From positions 1-53,446 of the IMG/VR virus record IMGVR_UViG_3300013285_000579: DNA of 53,446 nt; one strand, 5' to 3'. Both the position numbers and the translations under genes were made by a program. The notes under the pieces are model-generated. The model was not told the origin of the DNA, did no database searches, and saw only the letters and a list, made by a program, of their open reading frames with translations. Of the stretch, positions 10,780 to 20,289 are shown one piece after another; the stretch's first letter is position 1, and each line of letters begins with the position of its first letter. The DNA comes from a virus. Taxonomy: Duplodnaviria; Caudoviricetes.

Positions 10780-13298
10780 TGGCTGGTGGGATTTATAGGC
10801 TCAATCAAGCCGTAGAGCAGCAGATCGACGGTGTATGGCCTGTAGTTGCGAAATACCCACTAGTAAATTCACTTACCCCGGTTATATCAGGCGGTACTGC
10901 TACCGGGTCAGTATTAACATGCAGTACTGGCTCATGGACGGGTGCAGCATCCTACAGCTACCAATGGTACAACAACGGAGTGGTGATAGCTGGCCAAACA
11001 GCTAATACGTATACTATATTGGTAGGTGATGTGGGTTTTACCATCACTTGCCGTGTATCAGCAATTGATTCTCCATTCACTACTACATCGGTAGCTATTT
11101 CAAACAGTATTGTTGCCGTTTCCTACAACATCGCTGGCCAAATAACTTTACTTGCCACCACTAGCTGGACGGTTCCGACGGGGGTTACTTCAATAAGTTT
11201 TGTTGCAATCGGAGCCGGCGGAGCCGGCGCCCAAGGCGACTCAACTGGTTTTGCCGGTGGCGGCGGCGGCGGCGCCTTGGTGTATCGCAATAATGTTACA
11301 GTAACCCCGGGTCAAACTGTAACGGCTAATATTACGTATTATATATCATCCTTTGTGACTGTTACCGGAGTAACTTCTACTGCCGGCGCTGGGAAAAACG
11401 GCCTCAACGCCGCCGGCAGCGCAGCACCCGGCGCCCCATCAGGTACGTATGATGTCGGGTTCAGTGGCGGCAGTGGCGGCAGCATTGCCGGCGGAACATA
11501 TGGTGGCGTCGGCGGCGGTGGAGGCTGTGCCGGCTATTACAGCAATGGCGGCGCCGGCGGATCTACTACTGGTATTAGTATATACGTTGCACCTGGTATC
11601 TCTATAGGCGGCGGCGCCGGCGGCAATGCCTATTATACTACATCCGGCGCCAGTTCTCTTATTACGGGCGGGGGAGGAGGAGGTGTAGGCTTATTTGGTG
11701 GTAGTATAACTGCCGGTGGCCCTAGTCAAGGTGGCTCCGGTGGCACTGCCGGCGGCCTTGGCTACCCTTACGCCACCGGAGCCACCTCAGGTAGCGCTGG
11801 CACCTACGGTGCCGGTGCTGGTGGCTCAAAAAATAGCACATCGGCTACTGCGACCGTACAAGCGTATGGCCCAGGCGCCGTCAAAATTATTTGGGGTGTT
11901 AACCGTGCTTTCCCATCCACTGGAATGTCGGATCAAGCATCCGGTGCCCCCACAGTAGCGACTGTAAACTATGCAACAATAACGGTACAGCGCGGTGCCT
12001 CCCTGACTTCAATTATACCCGTAGTTGCTGCTGGCGGATCAGTTGGTACATTTACTTATTCTATTAGTCCGGCACTACCTACCGGTTTAACCTTATCTAC
12101 CTCTACCGGGGCAATAACAGGTAGTACCGCAGCAGCAGTAAGTTCAACCATATATACTGTTACAGCTAGTGATGGGACTGTAGTATCAGCCTCCTTTACA
12201 CTGAATATTACAGCAGCAGCACCTTTAGCCGGAACATTATTTAACACTAATTACACTTTACCTCAGTGGTCAACTACGTCAATTATACCATTTACTGCAT
12301 CAGGTGGCACCGGCCCGTATACCTATTCAGTACGCCCTGCTCTCTCCGTTGGTCTATCACTTAATTCGTCTACTGGACAGATTACTGGTGCTCCATCTAC
12401 GTTTTATGATAGTACACCCTGCCTTATTACGGCAGTAGATCAAGACTTGAACCAGGTTACCGCATCGACTTCGATTCGGGTTACTTACGCAGCAGCCGGA
12501 GCCGGCCCCATAGTTGAATACTTAGTTGTGGCCGGCGGCGGCGGCGGCGGCGCTATTGCCGGCGGTGGCGGCGGCGCCGGAGGCTATCTTACTGCCACCG
12601 GCTACCAAACATTACAAGGCATTCCTATTACAGTGACAGTCGGCGCCGGAGGCCCCGGGTCAGCTTCAACTTCGGGTACTGTAGGATTTAATAGCGTATT
12701 TGGAACTATAACTGCAACCGGCGGTGGCGGTGGCGGCTACGGTGCGGCGCTCGCCGCCGGTGGCGCCGGCGGATCCGGTGGCGGAGGTGGCTACGGTGGG
12801 GCCGGTGGCGCAGCCTCACCCGCAGGGCAAGGCAAGGTTGGCGGAACCGCCCCAGCTGGCGGCTTTGTAGGCGGTGGCGGGGGCGGAGCTGGAACGGTCG
12901 GCGTCGCCGGCTTGTCGTCTAGCAACGGCGGCAATGGTGGCATCGGTTTAAGTTCATCTATATCCGGCTCGGCAGTGAATTATGCTGGTGGCGGAGGTGG
13001 TGGAACTATCTTTACTGCGGTAGGTGGTACCGGTACATATGGCGGCGGCTCTGGTGGTTACAGTGGTGGCACATTGGGCGTTGCTGGCACTGCTAATACC
13101 GGCGGCGGCGGCGGCGCCGGAGGGAATAATAACCCAATCAACGCATCTACTAGCCAACCGGGAGGTTCCGGCATCGTAATCATCCGGTATGCAAACTCAA
13201 GTGCATTAGCAGTATCAACTACCGGTAGTCCAACGTATTTGAACTCCGGTGGTTATCACATTTATACATGGACTACTAGCGGGTCTATCACATTCTAA
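10779..13298 (+). CDS. Glycine-rich tail-fibre adhesin with Ig-like domains
   Basis: Two Gly-rich domains ('WTVPTGVTSI...GAGGAG' and 'VEYLVVAGGGGGG...GGSGIVIIRY'); two 'P.LP.GL.L..STG.ITG' Ig repeats. Confidence 0.75.
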   Translation: MAGGIYRLNQAVEQQIDGVWPVVAKYPLVNSLTPVISGGTATGSVLTCSTGSWTGAASYSYQWYNNGVVIAGQTANTYTILVGDVGFTITCRVSAIDSPFTTTSVAISNSIVAVSYNIAGQITLLATTSWTVPTGVTSISFVAIGAGGAGAQGDSTGFAGGGGGGALVYRNNVTVTPGQTVTANITYYISSFVTVTGVTSTAGAGKNGLNAAGSAAPGAPSGTYDVGFSGGSGGSIAGGTYGGVGGGGGCAGYYSNGGAGGSTTGISIYVAPGISIGGGAGGNAYYTTSGASSLITGGGGGGVGLFGGSITAGGPSQGGSGGTAGGLGYPYATGATSGSAGTYGAGAGGSKNSTSATATVQAYGPGAVKIIWGVNRAFPSTGMSDQASGAPTVATVNYATITVQRGASLTSIIPVVAAGGSVGTFTYSISPALPTGLTLSTSTGAITGSTAAAVSSTIYTVTASDGTVVSASFTLNITAAAPLAGTLFNTNYTLPQWSTTSIIPFTASGGTGPYTYSVRPALSVGLSLNSSTGQITGAPSTFYDSTPCLITAVDQDLNQVTASTSIRVTYAAAGAGPIVEYLVVAGGGGGGAIAGGGGGAGGYLTATGYQTLQGIPITVTVGAGGPGSASTSGTVGFNSVFGTITATGGGGGGYGAALAAGGAGGSGGGGGYGGAGGAASPAGQGKVGGTAPAGGFVGGGGGGAGTVGVAGLSSSNGGNGGIGLSSSISGSAVNYAGGGGGGTIFTAVGGTGTYGGGSGGYSGGTLGVAGTANTGGGGGAGGNNNPINASTSQPGGSGIVIIRYANSSALAVSTTGSPTYLNSGGYHIYTWTTSGSITF

Positions 13299-13355
13299 CA
13301 TAGTAATACAGTATATTAAATAATTATCAGCACCAAGTATCTCAGTAAATACTTG

Positions 13356-15128
13356 ATGCAAAAAACACTTCACTTCTTATCAGGCATTCCCCGTTCGGGT
13401 TCAACGGTACTTGCTGCAATTCTTAATCAAAACCCACTTACTCATGTCAGCACTACATCGGGTCTAGTTCACGCACTAGACGGACTAGCTAATACTTGGC
13501 ACAGTGCTGGCCTACTGAACGAAACAGACGCAGACCGTTCTAAACTAGCTGCTACTATGCGTGGTACAATCGATGCATTTTACAGCGATATTGATAAACC
13601 AGTTGTTATTGACAAATCACGAGGCTGGCCTATTGCTCAAATTATGCAAGCAATGGCACAAGTGCTACAACATGCACCTAAAATCATCGCTACAGTACGC
13701 TCAGTTCCTGACTGTGCTGCAAGTTTTATTCGTGTAGCAAAGCCTGTTGACTTAGATGAATTTATGCAATCAGGTCAACTAATGGATCACTTGAAAGCAG
13801 CATACATCTCGTTGCAAAATGGATACAACTTTGCTCCTGAATGTTTTCTGTTCGTAGAGTACGACGACCTAGTGCGCGATCCTAAAACTGAACTCGCAAG
13901 AGTACATGCTTTCTTGGGACTACCTGACTTTGAATATGACTTCAATAACATTGACGGTTCTTCTGTGTCAGAAGATGATGAGAACTTGCATGGTCATGCT
14001 GGTATGCATGATGTTAAACCCGTATTAGAACGTCAACACAATCAAGACCCAAGAGAACTATTGAAGCATCATTATCCTACGTTCTGTCAAGGTGAGTTCT
14101 GGCTAGAGCATCCACGCACTATACCTGAAATACATGACCTTGATTTGCAGCTAGCAGCTAGCACTACGGGTGACTTTGCTGAAGGTTGGCGCCTGACACA
14201 AAAGCTAGAAGCTGAAGAACCAAACAATCATCGTGCAGCATACAATCGTGGTTGGTATCTATTGCGTCAGGGACAGATTCAAAAAGGTTATCAGTTGATG
14301 GATCGCGGCCGACTATCCGGCGTGTTCGGCAATAGTAAGCCTGATGTTCCTACTCCGCACTGGGACGGCAAAAGCAAGGGCATTGTATTATTGTACTTAG
14401 AAGGTGGATTAGGAGATCAGATTCATCAGATCCGATATGCAAAGAATATTGCAGATCGTGGATGTAAAGTCATTGTAGCTTGCTCGGGCCAACTGGCTTC
14501 GTTATTCTTTAATGCAGAAGGTGTATCTAGTGTGATCCAACATGAAGCAGTGTTCGGTATCTATCATGACTTTTGGGTAGCTGGCATGAGCGCAGTTGTA
14601 CCACTTGGATTTGAATTAGCAGATATCAGCGGCAAGCCGTATCTAGCTAAGCCTAATGTGATAAAAGGGCACAAGAAACGAATCGGTCTACGTTGGCAGG
14701 GCAACAGTCAGTTCGAACATGAGCATCACAAAAAGTTCCCGTTCTACTTAATGTTTGACGCAGTAAAAGACGCTGATGTTGAGTTTATTAGTTTGCAACG
14801 TGATGAAGGTGCAGAAGCATGTCCGTACTGGGTTAAGCAAGTCCCGCTCAACTCATGGGATGACACTCGCGCAGCTATCGCAAGTTGCGACCTAGTGATT
14901 AGCTCTTGTACATCAGTTAGTCACTTAGCTGGCGCAATGGGCGTTGATACTTGGGTAGTGACTCCAATCATGCCCTACTTCATGTATGCACTAGAGGGCG
15001 AAAAGACCCCATACTATGCCAGTTTCACACTATTTAGACAAGAATCGTTTGGTGACTGGACTATACCTTTTATCAAAATGAAAGAACGCTTGTCAATTAG
15101 TTACCCTAAACTGAAACTTTTAGGATAA
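13356..15128 (+). CDS. Sulfotransferase fused to TPR-like and GT9-like (GT-B) domains
   Basis: PAPS-binding 'GIPRSGST'; 'EGGLGDQIHQIRY' and 'DLVISSCTSVSHLAGAMG' GT9-like motifs; ATG 4 nt after TAAATA. Confidence 0.75.
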   Translation: MQKTLHFLSGIPRSGSTVLAAILNQNPLTHVSTTSGLVHALDGLANTWHSAGLLNETDADRSKLAATMRGTIDAFYSDIDKPVVIDKSRGWPIAQIMQAMAQVLQHAPKIIATVRSVPDCAASFIRVAKPVDLDEFMQSGQLMDHLKAAYISLQNGYNFAPECFLFVEYDDLVRDPKTELARVHAFLGLPDFEYDFNNIDGSSVSEDDENLHGHAGMHDVKPVLERQHNQDPRELLKHHYPTFCQGEFWLEHPRTIPEIHDLDLQLAASTTGDFAEGWRLTQKLEAEEPNNHRAAYNRGWYLLRQGQIQKGYQLMDRGRLSGVFGNSKPDVPTPHWDGKSKGIVLLYLEGGLGDQIHQIRYAKNIADRGCKVIVACSGQLASLFFNAEGVSSVIQHEAVFGIYHDFWVAGMSAVVPLGFELADISGKPYLAKPNVIKGHKKRIGLRWQGNSQFEHEHHKKFPFYLMFDAVKDADVEFISLQRDEGAEACPYWVKQVPLNSWDDTRAAIASCDLVISSCTSVSHLAGAMGVDTWVVTPIMPYFMYALEGEKTPYYASFTLFRQESFGDWTIPFIKMKERLSISYPKLKLLG

Positions 15129-15136
15129 ATTACTAA

Positions 15137-15179
15137 ACCCAGCTTGATAAATACTGTATGAAGAATTTATCAACTGGGT
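15137..15179 (+). promoter_or_regulatory. Hairpin overlapping a late promoter (TAAATA 15148-15153) upstream of the adhesin gene
   Basis: ACCCAG(C)TTGATAAAT pairs with ATTTATCAACTGGGT, 15 bp. Confidence 0.55.
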
Positions 15180-15185
15180 ATTATT

Positions 15186-16004
15186 ATGGCTGAAACAAAC
15201 ACAAAAGGCTGTCTAACAGCAGGGGAAGTTTACGAACGACAAGTTGCTGGGGTGTGGCCTACTACTACCGCTGGTCAAGCTGCGTACACCACTCCGGGTA
15301 CGTTCTCGTGGACAGCACCGGCCGGGGTTACTAGTGTTTCGGTTGTTGCTGTCGGTGGCGGCGGATCTGGCAACGGCAGTGCCGGTGGAGCCGGTGCCGG
15401 CCTAGGATGGAAAAACAATATTACAGTTATCCCGGGTCAATCCTACACGGTAGTAGTAGGCGTAGCTGGAACCCGCAGCGCAAGTGTCGCAACCGCAATG
15501 GCAGGGGGAGATAGTTATTTTATCGATGCAACTACAGTAAAAGGTGGTGGCGGCGCCGGTATTACGACCGGTGGTACCTACGTCGGCACCGGTGGCGGCA
15601 ATGGAGGCGCAAGTTCTCTTGAGAATGCCGGCGTTGCTTATGGCGCTGGCGGCGGCGCCGGCGGCTATATTGGTAACGGCGGCGCCGGCGGATATAGTAG
15701 TGCAGGTTTAACTGGTACCGGCGGCGGCGGTGGCGGGGGTGCTGCCGGTGGAGGCAGCGGCGCGGGTGGCGGCGTTGGCATATTAGGTCAAGGGGCAAAT
15801 GGCGCCGGTGGTACCTACTCCGGTGGCGGCGGCTTCGGCGGAAGCGGTGGAGTTCAGGGTAGCTCTCCCTACCCGGGCGGTAATTACGGTGGAGGAAGTG
15901 GTGCGGCGAATGTCGTTAACCCAGGGGCCGGTGGACCAGGTGCAGTTCGAATTATCTGGGGCACTAGCCGTGCCTTCCCGAGTATACTTACCGCTAATTT
16001 ATAA
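15186..16004 (+). CDS. Glycine-rich adhesin (gp38-like receptor-binding tip)
   Basis: 'SWTAPAGVTSVSVVAVGGGG' ... 'GAVRIIWG..RAFPS'; poly-Gly motifs. Confidence 0.75.
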   Translation: MAETNTKGCLTAGEVYERQVAGVWPTTTAGQAAYTTPGTFSWTAPAGVTSVSVVAVGGGGSGNGSAGGAGAGLGWKNNITVIPGQSYTVVVGVAGTRSASVATAMAGGDSYFIDATTVKGGGGAGITTGGTYVGTGGGNGGASSLENAGVAYGAGGGAGGYIGNGGAGGYSSAGLTGTGGGGGGGAAGGGSGAGGGVGILGQGANGAGGTYSGGGGFGGSGGVQGSSPYPGGNYGGGSGAANVVNPGAGGPGAVRIIWGTSRAFPSILTANL

Positions 16005-16073
16005 TAGAAATATTTCTAAATAACGCAACACAAAGAATAAATACATAACAGCATTTTATTAAAGGAAAACAAA

Positions 16074-16460
16074 ATGGCACTATTCGTACAAATTATCGAC
16101 GGCGAAGTTAAGCAAGTTTGGGACTCTACCCCGCCGGCCGGCGAAGCAGGTTGGGTTGACGCAGTTGAAGTTCGCGCTCCTATTCAATCAGGACGTCAGG
16201 GCTACACTGCACATCGTTATGATTTGACAACTACTCCAGTTCAAATCATCTGGGATACATATGATATCACAGTCGAACAGCGTAAAGCAGATATGTCAGC
16301 TAATGCAGGATTCGCATTCCAACAAGTTCTACAAGAACAGGCTCGCAATCCAGAATCTTACAGTGCAGAGCAAGTGGAAGTAGCACGTTTGGCAATGGTT
16401 GCTAAACAAGATGCAATTGCCGCAGCTACGACACACGACGAGCTAGACGCATTAGTCTAA
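16074..16460 (+). CDS. Putative tail-fibre assembly/chaperone protein
   Basis: Strong SD (AAGGA); follows an adhesin; C-terminus 'AIAAATTHDELDAL' resembles Tfa-like chaperone ends. Confidence 0.5.
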   Translation: MALFVQIIDGEVKQVWDSTPPAGEAGWVDAVEVRAPIQSGRQGYTAHRYDLTTTPVQIIWDTYDITVEQRKADMSANAGFAFQQVLQEQARNPESYSAEQVEVARLAMVAKQDAIAAATTHDELDALV

Positions 16461-17239
16461 TGATTTACTTCTTAAGTGGCTTGCCACGATCGGGCTCAAC
16501 ATTGTTGGGTTCGATATTGAATCAAAACCCAGATGTTTATGTTTCACCAACAAGTCCTTTATTGGACTTGTTGTGCCTACAGAACGAAGCATTGAACAGG
16601 GTTAAAGAACAATATACATTTGATGATGTAAAGCAATCGGAATCGATTTACAACGCATTGCCAAAGGCTTTTTACCAGCATATAACCAAACCCCACATCA
16701 TTGACAAGCACAGAGCTTGGGCACGAAATGTTATGCCAGCACAGATGCACATTAGTAGTGACCCCAAAGTCATTTGCACCTATCGGCCTGTTGCTGAAGT
16801 TGTGGTTAGTTTTCTAAAGCTAGTTAACAAAGACCCCAACAACTTTATTGATGCTGCATTGCGAGAAAAGCGTATAGCTATTACTACTGAGAATCGTGCA
16901 AAAGAGTTGTGGGAAGGCTATATCAGCGATCCATGGCAAAGTCTGCAAATAGGATTAGAGAACTACAAACAGAACTTGTATTTCGTTTCATACAGTGAGT
17001 TAATTGCCGACCCTACCATTACTATTGACGGTGTCTATGACTTTCTTGGCATAGAGCGGTATCAGCATGAATTTGACAACATCAGCAACAGTTGCGGCGA
17101 ATCAAAAGACGCCGCATGGGGACTCAAAGACCTACATACTATCAGACCTAAACTAGCTAAAACTAGTGATGATCCTGTAACCGTGTTAGGTGAGAATTTG
17201 TGTAAATACTTTAATCAATTTGATATTAAACGAGTATAA
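16460..17239 (+). CDS. Sulfotransferase family protein
   Basis: 'GLPRSGSTLL..ILNQNP' and 'IIDKHRAW'; paralogue of the N-domain of 13356..15128. Confidence 0.8.
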   Translation: MIYFLSGLPRSGSTLLGSILNQNPDVYVSPTSPLLDLLCLQNEALNRVKEQYTFDDVKQSESIYNALPKAFYQHITKPHIIDKHRAWARNVMPAQMHISSDPKVICTYRPVAEVVVSFLKLVNKDPNNFIDAALREKRIAITTENRAKELWEGYISDPWQSLQIGLENYKQNLYFVSYSELIADPTITIDGVYDFLGIERYQHEFDNISNSCGESKDAAWGLKDLHTIRPKLAKTSDDPVTVLGENLCKYFNQFDIKRV

Positions 17240-17242
17240 CAC

Positions 17243-18385
17243 ATGACCAACAAGACCTCTCTCACATTAACGCAAGCGTACAGCAAGCAATTAAGCGGCA
17301 CTTGGCCTACTACTTGGTATGTCCCGCCGCAGTATTTATGGGCCTGGGGTACTAATGCTTATGGTAGGCTGGGACTAGGTGATACTACTAATCGTTCAAG
17401 TCCGGTGCAAGTTGGCGCACTTGGCACCTGGTCAGTTATTTCAGCTGGGGTTCTAGTAACGGCCGCAATTAAAAAAGATGGCACATTGTGGTGCTGGGGT
17501 TCTAGTAACGGACAAGGTGCAGTAGGTGACGGTACAACCTCACCTAGATCCAGCCCAACTCAAGTAGGTGCATTGACCAGCTGGACGTTAGTTGCAGCAT
17601 GCGGTCAGAGCGTTAATGCGATTAAAAATAACGGAACCCTTTGGGCCTGGGGATGGAATGGTTATGGTATGCTAGGCGACGGGACAGTGATTAGTAAATC
17701 CAACCCCGTGCAAGTGGGTATATTGACTAACTGGCTGACGATAGCATCCGGTCGATATCAAGTTATTGCAACAAAAACAGATAATACACTTTGGATTTGG
17801 GGTAAGAACAACGTCGGACAGCTAGGCCTAGGTGACACTATATCCCGATCTAGTCCAGTACAAGTAGGTGCACTGACTACCTGGAAATCAGGTTTTGCTG
17901 GTGGCCAAAATTCAATGGTGATCAAAACAGATGGGACACTATGGGCTTGGGGTATTAACACCTGGGGTCAACTAGGGCTAGGTGATACCATCAGCCGGTC
18001 CAGCCCAGTGCAAGTGGGTCTACTAACTACATGGCAGACGGCCGACGGCAACGGAGAGACTGCTATAGTTGCATCCCGAACAGATGGTACTGTTTGGACT
18101 TGGGGCAGAAACCTCGGCGGTGGACTTGGTCTAGGTGACACTATTAGTCGTTCTAGTCCGGTACAAGTTGGCTCGTTGACTAACTGGCTGTTAGTTTCTA
18201 GTAGTGGGTATTCAGCAGTAGCAATCAAAACAGACGGTACCCTTTGGACCTGGGGTAGCAACTACTATGGCCAACTAGGTCAAGGTAATACTATTGACCG
18301 ATCTAGCCCGGCACAAGTTGGGGCTGCAGCCGCGTGGCAGTCGGTGTCAGGCGGATATAACTGGTGTGTCGCAATCTCCAACTAA
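17243..18385 (+). CDS. RCC1/BLIP-II beta-propeller protein
   Basis: About 7 RCC1 repeats after a short N-terminal 'QLSGTWP' peptide. Confidence 0.8.
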   Translation: MTNKTSLTLTQAYSKQLSGTWPTTWYVPPQYLWAWGTNAYGRLGLGDTTNRSSPVQVGALGTWSVISAGVLVTAAIKKDGTLWCWGSSNGQGAVGDGTTSPRSSPTQVGALTSWTLVAACGQSVNAIKNNGTLWAWGWNGYGMLGDGTVISKSNPVQVGILTNWLTIASGRYQVIATKTDNTLWIWGKNNVGQLGLGDTISRSSPVQVGALTTWKSGFAGGQNSMVIKTDGTLWAWGINTWGQLGLGDTISRSSPVQVGLLTTWQTADGNGETAIVASRTDGTVWTWGRNLGGGLGLGDTISRSSPVQVGSLTNWLLVSSSGYSAVAIKTDGTLWTWGSNYYGQLGQGNTIDRSSPAQVGAAAAWQSVSGGYNWCVAISN

Positions 18386-18425
18386 AATAAATTTCAACAT
18401 CAGGTAACTTAGTAAATACTTGACA

Positions 18426-18992
18426 ATGAAATTAAACTTAGGCTGCGGGTACAATCAGTTACCTGGATATATTAATGTAGACCATGACCCAATCTGTAAA
18501 CCAGATGTAGTTGCTGATCTGGAAGCAACTCTTCCATTCGAAGATAACTCGGTAGATGAGATTTATCTGCACCACGTGTTAGAACATCTGGGTCAGACAA
18601 CCAAAACATACTTCAGTGTATGGAAAGAGTTCTATAGAATTCTCAAAGATCAAGGTGTAATCAGAATCATAGTGCCGCATTGGCAACATGAAAACTTTCA
18701 TCACGATCCTACGCATGTACGCAAAGTAACACCCGTTGGAGTAGATATGTTCAGTCAAGCACGCAACATGAACACTATCCGCACGGGTGGCAATGAGACT
18801 ACATTGGGTCTTCAACTTGGAATTGACATTGGTGTAACTGAAGTTGGTTATGATCTAATGCCGGACTTTGAAAAGATGATGCAAGGCCAGTCATCCCATG
18901 TAATAGAGCATGAAGCGAACAAGTATAACAATACTTGCTATCAAGTTCAAATCAATGCAAAAGCACACAAGCCCCCAAGGAGCACACTATGA
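18426..18992 (+). CDS. Class I SAM-dependent methyltransferase
   Basis: 'KLNLGCG', 'LPFEDNSVDEI...HVLEHL', 'YRILK..G' and 'DPTH' motifs. Confidence 0.8.
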   Translation: MKLNLGCGYNQLPGYINVDHDPICKPDVVADLEATLPFEDNSVDEIYLHHVLEHLGQTTKTYFSVWKEFYRILKDQGVIRIIVPHWQHENFHHDPTHVRKVTPVGVDMFSQARNMNTIRTGGNETTLGLQLGIDIGVTEVGYDLMPDFEKMMQGQSSHVIEHEANKYNNTCYQVQINAKAHKPPRSTL

Positions 18993-19615
18993 TTTTTGAC
19001 AAGAAAGTTATTATCATTGATGACTTCTACACTGATCCATATGCAGTACGTCAAATAGCATTAAATGCAGAGTATGAAGATGTACCGGGTATCAAGAATT
19101 ATCCAGGTAATAATTCAGTTAAGTCATTCTGGAGTGATGAACTAACTGAACTAGTGTGTAGAGCGACAGGTGAGAACATTGAACCAGAACCTAGTTCCAG
19201 TTGTGGTCATTTCAGATACACTCCTGCTGCTGCTTCCTCTAGGCAAATCATTCACTTTGACCCTAAGCCAACTCAGTGTTGGGCTGGTGTAGCATATCTC
19301 AGTTTACCCGAACACTGTATCCCTGATGCCGGTACTAAGATATACTCACACAAGCGCACTGGTATTAGCACCGCACCCAAAGATCATATTGAATCAAGTA
19401 TCATTGGTGTGCGTACTGTAGAAGATATGAAAACTTTCTTCGAAACTGAAGGACTAGATGAATCACTATGGCAACCCGAATTAACAGTTGAAATCAAATT
19501 CAACCGATTAGTACTGTTCAGACCTTGGTTATGGCACGGAATCTCTAATCACTTCGGAACTGATGTTACCGACAGCAGATTAACTCAGCTAATATTTCTG
19601 CAACCTAAAGGATAA
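18989..19615 (+). CDS. DUF6445-like / 2OG-Fe(II) oxygenase-fold protein
   Basis: 'IIIDDFY..P..VR', H-x-D ('IHFD'), 'FNRLVLF....WH', 'RLTQ'; SD AAGGAG before ATG 18989. Confidence 0.65.
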   Translation: MIFDKKVIIIDDFYTDPYAVRQIALNAEYEDVPGIKNYPGNNSVKSFWSDELTELVCRATGENIEPEPSSSCGHFRYTPAAASSRQIIHFDPKPTQCWAGVAYLSLPEHCIPDAGTKIYSHKRTGISTAPKDHIESSIIGVRTVEDMKTFFETEGLDESLWQPELTVEIKFNRLVLFRPWLWHGISNHFGTDVTDSRLTQLIFLQPKG

Positions 19616-19619
19616 AAAC

Positions 19620-20249
19620 ATGAAAAAAATTCTCATCATGGGCCTACCCGGGGCCGGCAAAACATTCTTAGCAAGCGAGGTTAAGAAGCAACTACAAGAG
19701 AATGGTTGTACTGTGGATTGGTTCAATGCCGATGTTATTAGGCAGCAGAATGATGACTGGGACTTTAGCCCAGAAGGTCGAGTTCGACAGTCACTCAGAA
19801 TGAAAGAGCTAGCAAAGAATTCTACTGCCGATTATGTTATATGTGACTTTGTTGCCCCACTCATTGAAATGAGAACCAACTTTGCCGCAGACTGGACTAT
19901 CTGGGTAGACACTATTAATGAAGGTCGATATGCAGACACTAACAGTGCATTTGTCTCACCGACTACCTATGACTTCAAAATAACCGAGCAAGATGCAGTA
20001 AAGTGGGCTAAGTTCATCGTTGAACATATGTTCGCAAAGAAAGCTACAAGTGATGAATCAATTATTCGCAGTTTGGTGAAAGCAGTTAGTTGGCGCATTA
20101 CTGGGACATTGTCTATCTTTGCCATCAGCTATGTAGTCGCGGGCGATATCGTAGTATCCAGCACAATCGCATTTATTCAATTAATCTGGAACACCGGGCT
20201 ATACTTAGTGCATGAAAGAATTTGGAATAGGGTAACCTGGGGCAAATAG
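19620..20249 (+). CDS. cysC: Adenylyl-sulfate (APS) kinase-like P-loop protein with a C-terminal DUF2061-type membrane domain
   Basis: 'GLPGAGKT', 'ADVIR....DWDFSPEGR', 'DFVAP'; C-terminal 'RSLVKAVSWR...YLVHERIW'. Confidence 0.65.
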   Translation: MKKILIMGLPGAGKTFLASEVKKQLQENGCTVDWFNADVIRQQNDDWDFSPEGRVRQSLRMKELAKNSTADYVICDFVAPLIEMRTNFAADWTIWVDTINEGRYADTNSAFVSPTTYDFKITEQDAVKWAKFIVEHMFAKKATSDESIIRSLVKAVSWRITGTLSIFAISYVVAGDIVVSSTIAFIQLIWNTGLYLVHERIWNRVTWGK

Positions 20250-20253
20250 CAAC

Positions 20254-20282
20254 TTGCATTCAGTGGTTAACTATGTTATGAT
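20254..20282 (+). promoter_or_regulatory. Sigma70-like promoter (TTGCAT-17-TATGAT, extended -10)
   Basis: 17-nt spacer; ATG 20290 lies 7 nt downstream. Confidence 0.45.
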
Positions 20283-20289
20283 ATCGTCA

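Noticed and set aside
3561-18385. Diversity-generating retroelement TR/VR pair
   Set aside because: No reverse transcriptase in the window; no non-coding template copy; differences between repeats are not adenine-specific
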